Source: Nitrospira sp.
GTDB taxonomy: Bacteria; Nitrospirota; Thermodesulfovibrionia; Thermodesulfovibrionales; SM23-35
Length of the DNA: 64,000 bases
Assembly (NCBI GenBank): GCA_016873615.1
Contig: VGWX01000002.1
Location: 5,101-69,100 of the forward strand
Reading direction: 5' to 3'
Position numbers and translations under genes: made by a program. Shown here piece after piece: positions 19,548-27,300 of the stretch; position 1 is the first letter of the stretch; every line of letters starts with the position of its first letter. Below the pieces are notes generated by a model. The model did no database searches. It saw nothing but the letters and a program-made list of their open reading frames with translations, and was not told the origin of the DNA.

Positions 19548-20738
19548 TCAGCTTTGACTGATAATTTTCCCCTTCCTTATACCACTTGCCCAAAATATAC
19601 AGGCAGCGAGCGCCAGCACCAATGACGCTCCTATAAAGGATTTTGATATGCCAAAGTATACAGCTATAATGCCTGAGACCAAGGGACCTGTTGTATGGCC
19701 TATATCCATTATGGAACCCAGAATTCCCATAGCTGAACCCCTGCCATCGGCTACGCTCAAATCAGCGATAAAAGCTGATGTTGCAGATGTTACAACAGAC
19801 AGGCTGAATCCGAACAGGATACTTAATAATAAAAGGGGGATAAAAGAGTTGAATAATGAAAAACTGCCGATACAGAGTGAACCTGTCAAAGCTCCGAAAA
19901 AAATCTGCGCTTCCCTCCCATGCCTGTCGGAAAATCTACCCATTACAGGCTTCATAAGCGCAAGGGTTATGACCTGTAAGGAGAGGAATATCCCGACCTC
20001 AAATGCGCTAAGACCTATTTTTAAAGAATAAAGCGGAAGAAAAGTCTCGAATGTTCCATAGGCAAACAAAATAGCGGCTTCAACAGCGCTGGTAATAACT
20101 ATCCCCTTGTTAGAGATAACAGTTTTGAATACTCTGAATGTTTCTTGCCAGGACTTTGCCTCCTTTTTAGTCTCCGCTGTATCAGGTATTTTAAAGCTCA
20201 GGAGCAGTGTGATAATTCCCGCCATCCCACACACAAGATAAATAACCTTATAACTGATGCCGGGGTTAAAAACAAGCGCGCCGATAATGCCGCCTCCAAC
20301 TAATGGAGCAAGAAATCTGCCCACAAGGGTTGAGGTCGAGAACCACCCTATCTTCTCGCCCCGTTCTTTCTTGAAGATGTCTGAAACAAGCGCCATGGAA
20401 ACAGGGATAAATATTGCTGTTGCCAATCCATGGTAGAGCCTGATGAGGGCAAGCTGCCAGATATTTGTCACAAATAGGTAAAGAAAAGGAGCTGATGAAA
20501 ATACTATAGATGAAAAAACAAGCATCCTCTTCTTCCCCAGTCTGTCGGCGAAAATGCCCGCAGGAATACTCATGACAACTCCAGTAAAAGCAGAGATGGA
20601 AGCAATAAACCCTACTCCGGACGGATCAGCGCCCAAATAGGCCGTAAAGATGGGAAGCACAGGGCTCTTGGATATTGTAGAGCTGAATACCGCAAAGAGA
20701 CCTGTGCAGCAGAGCAAAATGAAGGAACTGGTTTTCAA
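19548..20738 (-). CDS. MFS transporter
   Basis: 396 aa, about 12 hydrophobic segments, FADRLGKKR loop 2-3 motif. Confidence 0.85.
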   Translation of the reverse strand: MKTSSFILLCCTGLFAVFSSTISKSPVLPIFTAYLGADPSGVGFIASISAFTGVVMSIPAGIFADRLGKKRMLVFSSIVFSSAPFLYLFVTNIWQLALIRLYHGLATAIFIPVSMALVSDIFKKERGEKIGWFSTSTLVGRFLAPLVGGGIIGALVFNPGISYKVIYLVCGMAGIITLLLSFKIPDTAETKKEAKSWQETFRVFKTVISNKGIVITSAVEAAILFAYGTFETFLPLYSLKIGLSAFEVGIFLSLQVITLALMKPVMGRFSDRHGREAQIFFGALTGSLCIGSFSLFNSFIPLLLLSILFGFSLSVVTSATSAFIADLSVADGRGSAMGILGSIMDIGHTTGPLVSGIIAVYFGISKSFIGASLVLALAACIFWASGIRKGKIISQS

Positions 20739-21286
20739 ACCCCGATTAAGCCCTGTATCTCCTGATGGTATTTGAGATACCGCTGAAGGGTTTTAAAGTT
20801 CTTGCCATATTTTGGATACTCTTTTAAAATTGCCTCAAATCTTTGCTCTGCTTCAAGTTCGTCACCGCCGATATCAACGATCCCGTCAGTAATAATATCC
20901 ACAAGCCTGTCTGCATAAATCACTATTCTTTCTTCAAGAGATCTAAGCGTATAGTCCTTCACCGGCAATCCCAGTTCCCTCGCTTCTTCTTCAGTCAGCC
21001 CTCCCCTTATATGTTTTTCCATGATGGCAGTTATTGCCTCAGGCAGTCCGAGATCTTTTCCCATCTCAGCCCCGATTTGTCCGTGTTCTATGGCATGCGT
21101 TACTGCTTTGCCGAGGTCGTGGAATAAGGCTCCTCTACCAACAATTTCCATGTCGATATTCGCTCTTATTCTTTGTGCAATCTCTAAAGCCTTTTCTGCA
21201 ACTTTGACACAATGTTTTACGTCATCCTCAGAAACTCCTGCCTTTTTGAGTAATTCGATGTCAGAATTCTTTATCTTATAACTCAT
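20735..21286 (-). CDS. HD-domain phosphohydrolase (HDIG type)
   Basis: 183 aa. GALFHDLGK, EKHIRGG, ADRLVD. 4-nt overlap with the downstream MFS gene. Confidence 0.8.
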   Translation of the reverse strand: MSYKIKNSDIELLKKAGVSEDDVKHCVKVAEKALEIAQRIRANIDMEIVGRGALFHDLGKAVTHAIEHGQIGAEMGKDLGLPEAITAIMEKHIRGGLTEEEARELGLPVKDYTLRSLEERIVIYADRLVDIITDGIVDIGGDELEAEQRFEAILKEYPKYGKNFKTLQRYLKYHQEIQGLIGV

Positions 21287-21536
21287 GGTTCTCTCCTTTC
21301 ACTTGATACCGAAATAGTTATGACTGAGAATATCCCTGAAAAAAGTGTATTTTGTGACCTGCCCTTCCTGAAGGTATTTCAGGAGAATGCATTTATCCTT
21401 CTTTGAAAATATATCGAAAAGTTTCATGGTCTTATTCCAATAATTATATGTTACCTGAATTGAGCGATGCTTTATGAAAAAAGCTTTTAAAATGCCTTAC
21501 CCAATGATCGCAGGACTGCTCGATTGAAATCTTTAA

Positions 21537-22244
21537 TTATTCTTTGTAATATTCCGGATACATTTTTTTTGCGCATTCTGAGCATAAGCCATGACTGAAT
21601 TTTGCATCGGTGTGTTCACTTATATAAGCTTCGAGCTGGTTCCAGGAACCCTTATCGTCCCGGATCTTTTTGCAGTAAGAACATATGGGCAATATACCGT
21701 GTAATGTCTTGATTGTGGCAAGAGCTTCCCGAAGCTTCTCCTCTGCCAGCTTACGATTACTGATTTCTCTGTCTATACTCTCTATCATCTCATTCGTAAC
21801 ATTTTTCAGAGCTTCCAATAACTCAACTTCTGATTCCCCTGAGACCCTGGCATTCAGGTCGCCTTTTGACACCTTGTGCAATACGTCAAAATGTTCGGCA
21901 AGTCCCATGGCAAACTCATGAGACTGGTCAACCATCTCCCCTATGTTTTTTGCCGTCAGATTAACCTTATATTTTAATTTTGCAATTATTTCAAATTCTG
22001 ATTCTTCGGATATTCTCACATCAGGATCTCCGTAAGATATCTTCTTTAATGCCTCGAATACTTCGGAAAGGCTTATCGCAAGTTCCATGCTGATATTTTC
22101 AAGTTCTTTTTCGATATCTTCAGCAGTCTTCCTGAACTGCATGAAGGTTTCCTCCAGTTCAACATTCCGCTGGCGCAACCCTGTCAGTTCATATATGAGC
22201 TGCTTTTTCGTCTTCTTTTCATCTTTCATAGCGTGCATATCCAT
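21537..22244 (-). CDS. coiled-coil signalling protein with two HAMP-like repeats and a C-terminal Cys4 module
   Basis: 235 aa. Repeats ISYGDPDVRISEESEFE and VSKGDLNARVSGESEVE. C-terminus ICSYCKKIRDDKGSWNQLEAYISEHTDAKFSHGLCSECAKKMY. Confidence 0.6.
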   Translation of the reverse strand: MDMHAMKDEKKTKKQLIYELTGLRQRNVELEETFMQFRKTAEDIEKELENISMELAISLSEVFEALKKISYGDPDVRISEESEFEIIAKLKYKVNLTAKNIGEMVDQSHEFAMGLAEHFDVLHKVSKGDLNARVSGESEVELLEALKNVTNEMIESIDREISNRKLAEEKLREALATIKTLHGILPICSYCKKIRDDKGSWNQLEAYISEHTDAKFSHGLCSECAKKMYPEYYKE

Positions 22245-22274
22245 TCCTGAACTTTCACATACATTCCAACAAAC

Positions 22275-23183
22275 TCAGCTTTTTATCTCTTCCTCCTCTT
22301 CCTCATCATCTTTATATGCCCTCTTCTTTTGTATCAACCTTATAAAACCGTATACTGTAATCAAGGCAGCGAGGGCAAAGATTATCGTATACAGGTTGGC
22401 GCTTAAATAGGCAAACCAGGCATATTTCCTTTTAAGACTTGCATGCCATTTCGACTCAAGCTCTGAAAGAGAAAGTCCAAGGCTTTTCTGGACAGATTCA
22501 TTAATTGTATCGCCTTCTTTCAGGTTTTCAAGTATCTGCATAAGCTCAATTTTGCCGAAATCTCTGACGATATATTCAATAATATTTTTGCTTTCCTCGT
22601 ACGCAAGGATCAGGGAAGGCTCATCCATCGGAAACCTTGCAAGCTCCCTGATGCTTATCAATCTGTCGGATACAGCAGCCTTTGTAAGAATTCTGCCTCC
22701 GTCATCTGCCATAAGCTCTGCAACTCCACCGCTTGCCCACTGGCAGACCCCTTCATCAATCCATCTGGGTAAAAGTCTGCTGTCTATATTCCGGTGTAAA
22801 AGGAGATGACATAATTCATGCTTAAGTGTAGATCTGAGGGTGAAAGGTTTTGTATAAACCCTTGAGGTATCAATAACGATGATATCCCTGTCAGGCAAGG
22901 CAAAGGCGGCGATTATATCCATTCCAACTATTTTTCTGAAGGCGTCCCTGTCGCCTGTGAGAATTATCTTTGGCCTGAAGTTCATTTCCCACTTCAGGGT
23001 TTCGACAAGCTCCTGACTGACGACAGGGTATACTTGTGCAACTTCTGCAGCAACATTTGCTAATCTTTCTTCATAAGAAACTGTAAAATCTTTTGTCTGG
23101 ATAGTTCTGATTTCAGCATGGATAGCTTGCATCGGCATTATGCAGAGAACTATGAAAAGCAGAGCGCTCAATCCTGATAGCAT
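22275..23183 (-). CDS. secreted HExxH metallopeptidase-like protein with C-terminal TM anchor and poly-Glu tail
   Basis: 302 aa. Signal peptide, HELCHLLLH, later E/W-rich region, TM (WFAYLSANLYTIIFALAALITVYGFI), DDEEEEEE tail. Confidence 0.6.
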   Translation of the reverse strand: MLSGLSALLFIVLCIMPMQAIHAEIRTIQTKDFTVSYEERLANVAAEVAQVYPVVSQELVETLKWEMNFRPKIILTGDRDAFRKIVGMDIIAAFALPDRDIIVIDTSRVYTKPFTLRSTLKHELCHLLLHRNIDSRLLPRWIDEGVCQWASGGVAELMADDGGRILTKAAVSDRLISIRELARFPMDEPSLILAYEESKNIIEYIVRDFGKIELMQILENLKEGDTINESVQKSLGLSLSELESKWHASLKRKYAWFAYLSANLYTIIFALAALITVYGFIRLIQKKRAYKDDEEEEEEIKS

Positions 23184-23316
23184 TATGAATTATTGTTGCT
23201 CTTTTCTCTGCAAGAAGGCAATGCCTTTTGTTGAATTCTTTCTCTAATGCTATAATAACCACAAATTCGCATCAATTGAGAATCATGATGAAGACTTGTT
23301 GGCAGAGGAGGCAAAA

Positions 23317-25047
23317 ATGAGGACTCTGAGAATTGCCCTTGCACAGATTAACCCTACTGTCGGAGACCTTGAGGGTAATTCTTCAAAGATCATTGATTAC
23401 ATTAAAAAAGCAAAGACAGCCGGTTCTGATCTGGTTGCTTTTCCTGAACTCGCGATAACAGGGTATCCCCCTGAAGACCTCCTTCTCAAAACACAGTTCA
23501 TAGACGATAACCTGAATGCCCTGAAAAAGGTCCGGAAAAATGTAGGGGACATAACCGCAATAGTCGGATTTGTTGACAGAAAAAACGATATCTACAATGC
23601 CGCTGCAGTAATTTACAACAAAAATATCATTGACACCTATCATAAAATGTACCTCCCCAACTACGGGGTATTCGATGAATACCGTTATTTCCAGTCCGGC
23701 GCCAGACGTCCGATATACAGGATCGGGAATACCTGGATTGGCATCAATATATGCGAAGACATCTGGTATCCTGAAGGCCCTGCAAGGGTTCAGGCGCTCG
23801 CAGGCGCTGAGGTGATTATAAATATCAACGCATCCCCATATCACATTGGCAAAGGGAAATTCAGAGAGGATATGCTTTCAACAAGGGCTTCTGATAATTT
23901 GGTTTTTGTGGCTTATCTCAATACGATTGGAGGACAGGATGAACTTGTATTTGACGGACACAGTCTGATACTGGATCAAAACGGAGAGATAATCTCAAGG
24001 GGCAAACAGTTTGAGGAAGACCTCATGATAGTTGACCTGGATCTTGAGGGTGTATTGATGAGCAGGCTTCATAACCCCCGCAGAAGACAGGAAGTGATCA
24101 GACTCGAGAAAGGAGCAGCAGAAAAAATCATCATCCCTATCGGGAAGAGATCCCGTAAAAAGGGAATCCCGCATCCTGCAACTTATAAAGTCTTCGACCC
24201 ATTAGAGGAAGTGTATAAGGCGCTTATTCTCGGCACATCTGATTATGTTCACAAAAATGGTTTCAAAGGGGTTGTTATCGGCCTCAGCGGCGGCATTGAT
24301 TCCGCACTTGTTGCTTCTCTTGCAGTAGATGCACTTGGAAAAGAAAATGTAACAGGCCTCTTCATGCCGTCTCCATATACCTCGGCAGAAAGCAGGGAAG
24401 ATGCATATGCTCTTGCCGGAAATATCGGAATAAAATTAATAGAAATCCCCGTCACAAATATTTTCAGGGGCTATCTTGACCAATTAAAGGAAATTTTTAA
24501 TGGGCTGCCGGTAGATACAACAGAGGAAAACCTGCAGGCAAGGATAAGAGGCAACCTGCTTATGGCATATTCAAATAAATTCGGAAAGCTTGTTCTGACA
24601 ACAGGGAATAAATCCGAGATGAGCGTTGGATATGCAACATTATATGGTGATATGGCAGGAGGTTTTGCAGTTATAAAAGATGTGCCAAAAACAATGGTAT
24701 ATGACATTTGCAAATGGAAAAATGATAATGAAGCTTCCCCTGTAATACCTGAAAGGATCTTCTGTAAAGAACCATCAGCAGAACTCAGGCCCGGTCAGAA
24801 AGATACAGACACGCTCCCACCCTATCAGGCGCTTGACCCGGTGCTCAAGGCGTATATTGAGGATGATAAAAGTTTTGACGAGATATTGTCTCTCGGATGC
24901 GAACATGAATGTGTGCGGAATATTATAGGTATGATAGACAGAAGCGAATATAAAAGAAGACAGGCGCCTCCGGGAATAAAAATAACCCCGAGAGCATTCG
25001 GCAGAGACAGGCGTTTCCCGATAACAAATAAGTACAAAGGATTTTGA
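23317..25047 (+). CDS. nadE: glutamine-dependent NAD+ synthetase
   Basis: CN-hydrolase half (FPELAITGYPPED, NICEDIW) plus NAD synthetase half (GLSGGIDSA, P-loop-like SGGxDS). Start chosen at MRTLRIALAQ (23317); the ORF opens at 23296. Confidence 0.9.
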   Translation: MRTLRIALAQINPTVGDLEGNSSKIIDYIKKAKTAGSDLVAFPELAITGYPPEDLLLKTQFIDDNLNALKKVRKNVGDITAIVGFVDRKNDIYNAAAVIYNKNIIDTYHKMYLPNYGVFDEYRYFQSGARRPIYRIGNTWIGINICEDIWYPEGPARVQALAGAEVIININASPYHIGKGKFREDMLSTRASDNLVFVAYLNTIGGQDELVFDGHSLILDQNGEIISRGKQFEEDLMIVDLDLEGVLMSRLHNPRRRQEVIRLEKGAAEKIIIPIGKRSRKKGIPHPATYKVFDPLEEVYKALILGTSDYVHKNGFKGVVIGLSGGIDSALVASLAVDALGKENVTGLFMPSPYTSAESREDAYALAGNIGIKLIEIPVTNIFRGYLDQLKEIFNGLPVDTTEENLQARIRGNLLMAYSNKFGKLVLTTGNKSEMSVGYATLYGDMAGGFAVIKDVPKTMVYDICKWKNDNEASPVIPERIFCKEPSAELRPGQKDTDTLPPYQALDPVLKAYIEDDKSFDEILSLGCEHECVRNIIGMIDRSEYKRRQAPPGIKITPRAFGRDRRFPITNKYKGF

Positions 25048-25075
25048 ACTGTTTAAAATACTTTTTCAGCTATAT

Positions 25076-25161
25076 GTCATTCCGACTTGTTCGGAATCTT
25101 TCCTGCCGTTTATTGGTATTTGTACGCTCTTTTTGAAAAAGATTCCCGACAAGCGGATGAC
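25076..25161. repeat. MITE-like palindromic element, GTCATTCC family (copy 1, 86 bp, intergenic)
   Basis: Left end GTCATTCCGACTTGTTCGGAATC (25076-25098). Right end GATTCCCGACAAGCGGATGAC (25141-25161) is its imperfect reverse complement. Each end is itself a hairpin. Confidence 0.7.
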
Positions 25162-25187
25162 AACAAAATAAAGATTTGGAGTTATAT

Positions 25188-25457
25188 ATGAAGAAAAACA
25201 TTTTTTTACCAGTTGTAGCTTTGATTATCTCTGCTACATTTCTTCTGCTACCTGCTCTTGCTGTTGAAACGAAAGATACGAAAACAACCCAGATTAAAAA
25301 ACAGCCGGAGATTCAGCAGATTAAGCCCAGGAAACCTGTCAGGATAAAACTCAAGCGTTCCACAGAAGGCAAATATACATGGGATCTTTCAGGTGATGAT
25401 GCCGACGAGATTGTAAAGGCAGACAAGCGCCTGAGGAAATTGCTGAACATAGAGTGA
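25188..25457 (+). CDS. small secreted lysine-rich protein
   Basis: MKKNIFLPVVALIISATFLLLPALA signal peptide. GTGA overlap with the rsmI start suggests it is translated. Confidence 0.5.
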   Translation: MKKNIFLPVVALIISATFLLLPALAVETKDTKTTQIKKQPEIQQIKPRKPVRIKLKRSTEGKYTWDLSGDDADEIVKADKRLRKLLNIE

Positions 25458-26281
25458 AAGGAATACTCTATATCGTCTCAACTCCTATAGGTAACCTCGA
25501 AGATATTACCTTGAGAGCATTACGGGTTCTCAAAGAAGTGGATGTTATTGCAGCAGAAGATACCCGCCATTCTCTGAAATTGCTCAGCCATTATGGTATT
25601 TCAAAACCGATGATCAGCCACTGGAAAGAAAAAGAGAGATCAAAGGCTGAGGAGATCATGCGGAGACTTCTGTCAGGTCAATCAGTTGCCCTTATCTCAG
25701 ATGCCGGAACACCCGGGATATCAGACCCCGGTGCAATTCTCATAAAAATGGCTATCGAAGAGAATGTCCCTGTAGTCTCAATCCCCGGACCGTCTGCATG
25801 TATAGCTGCATTATCACTCTCAGGGCTTCTGACTGATCAATTTGCATTCATAGGATTCCTTCCTCCGAAGAAAATCCAGCGTCAAAAGATGCTCCTTGAA
25901 TTAAGTCTTGAGACAAAGACCCTCATTTTTTATGAAGCGCCGCACAGGATCATAGAGACGCTTCTTGATATGGAGACTGTATTTTCAGGCCGGAGAGCAG
26001 CGCTTGTGAAAGAGATTACAAAAATACACGAAGAAGTATTACGGGGGGATATTTCAGAGATATTAAGCAGCCTCGAAAAGACAAAAATTGCAGGTGAGTA
26101 TATACTTATTCTTGAGGGAAAGACCGAAAAAGATAAGGTTTCAACCGCAGATGCCCTTATGGAAATACATTCTCTGCTGAGAAAGGGTCTCGGTAGAAAA
26201 GAGGCTGTAAAAAAGATTGCAGAACAATACGGGTTAAGCAAAAAAGAACTCTATGACAGAAGCCTCAATGAAATCCCTTGA
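25454..26281 (+). CDS. rsmI: 16S rRNA (cytidine1402-2'-O)-methyltransferase
   Basis: 275 aa. GILYIVSTPIGNLEDITLRAL, IAAEDTR, SDAGTPGISDPG, FYEAPHR. Confidence 0.9.
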   Translation: MKGILYIVSTPIGNLEDITLRALRVLKEVDVIAAEDTRHSLKLLSHYGISKPMISHWKEKERSKAEEIMRRLLSGQSVALISDAGTPGISDPGAILIKMAIEENVPVVSIPGPSACIAALSLSGLLTDQFAFIGFLPPKKIQRQKMLLELSLETKTLIFYEAPHRIIETLLDMETVFSGRRAALVKEITKIHEEVLRGDISEILSSLEKTKIAGEYILILEGKTEKDKVSTADALMEIHSLLRKGLGRKEAVKKIAEQYGLSKKELYDRSLNEIP

Positions 26282-26334
26282 CTTTTTCGGCACTTAGCAA
26301 TAAAATTTTCAAATAATATATCAAGAGGTGAACC

Positions 26335-27300
26335 GTGGCACACAAGCTCCTTCTTGCAGATGATAGTATTACCATACAAAAGGTCATAGAACTTATACTC
26401 GCAGAGGAAGAATTTGAAATCAAGTCTGCAAACAACGGTGAAGAGGCCTTAGCTCTTATTCCGTCTTATAGGCCTGACATAATTCTTGCGGATATAGAAA
26501 TGCCGAAAATGAACGGGTACCAGCTATGTGAAAAGATAAAACAGAATCCTTCAACGAGTAATATTCCTGTCATATTGCTTACAGGAGCTTTTGAGCCGCT
26601 TGATGAAGAGCTCGCAAAACACGTGAAAGCAGACGACTTTATTATAAAACCGTTTGAGTCACAGGATTTGATAAGCAAGATAAATGCTGCCCTGACCATA
26701 TCAGCAGTGGCAGAAGCAGAGCCGGTCGAAGGTATCGTGGAAGCAGAAGCCATTGGTATAGAGGAAATGCCTGCTGAAGAAGACCTCTGGGCAATGGAAG
26801 AGATCACTGAAAGCAAAGAAATTTCCGGGTTACCGGCTGAAGAAGGAATCGCGGCAAGCACTGAAGAATTAATAGAGATTGCAGAGGAAACTGAAGTTGA
26901 GGCTGAAGCTGCAATATTCGAAGAACCTGCGCCTTCATTTGCTGAGAAAGCAAGAGTCGCAGATATAAGGCCGGCAATACCGGAAAGAGAGCTGCCTTCA
27001 AAAAATGAGCTGAAGGCAATATTTGAAAAAGCAGTACAGGAAAGAATGTCTTCATTAGTATCATCGCTGGATATGAAAGAAGCAGTTTTTGCCGCATTAA
27101 CCCCTTTGATAAAGGATTCTGTTGAGAAGATCCTGTGGGAAGTCACACCTGACCTTGTCGAACGTATGCTGAGAGAAATGTTGAAAGGCTCACTTGAATC
27201 TCTTACAAAAGAGGTTGAGAAAGTGATCTGGGAAACAGTACCTGACCTTGCAGAGACTATGATTTCTAAAGAAATAGAGAGGATAAGGTCAGAATTTTAG
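26335..27300 (+). CDS. response regulator with acidic linker and repeat-containing C-terminal domain
   Basis: 321 aa, GTG start. Receiver (LLADDS, DIILADIEMPKMNG, KPF). About 100 aa Glu/Ala-rich linker. C-terminal tandem EKILWEVTPDLVERML / EKVIWETVPDLAETMI. Confidence 0.8.
   Translation: MAHKLLLADDSITIQKVIELILAEEEFEIKSANNGEEALALIPSYRPDIILADIEMPKMNGYQLCEKIKQNPSTSNIPVILLTGAFEPLDEELAKHVKADDFIIKPFESQDLISKINAALTISAVAEAEPVEGIVEAEAIGIEEMPAEEDLWAMEEITESKEISGLPAEEGIAASTEELIEIAEETEVEAEAAIFEEPAPSFAEKARVADIRPAIPERELPSKNELKAIFEKAVQERMSSLVSSLDMKEAVFAALTPLIKDSVEKILWEVTPDLVERMLREMLKGSLESLTKEVEKVIWETVPDLAETMISKEIERIRSEF

Noticed and set aside
21299-21427. 42-aa minus-strand ORF MKLFDIFSKKDKCILLKYLQEGQVTKYTFFRDILSHNYFGIK between the HD gene and the Cys4 signalling gene
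   Set aside because: It is too short, with no RBS and no recognisable family. It could be real, but the sequence alone cannot support it.
26466-27146. 226-aa minus-strand ORF (Ser/Ala-rich), plus 26804-27097
   Set aside because: Both are antisense shadows of the acidic Glu/Ala linker of the response regulator. The sequence is low-complexity with no start context. The sense gene has clear receiver motifs.
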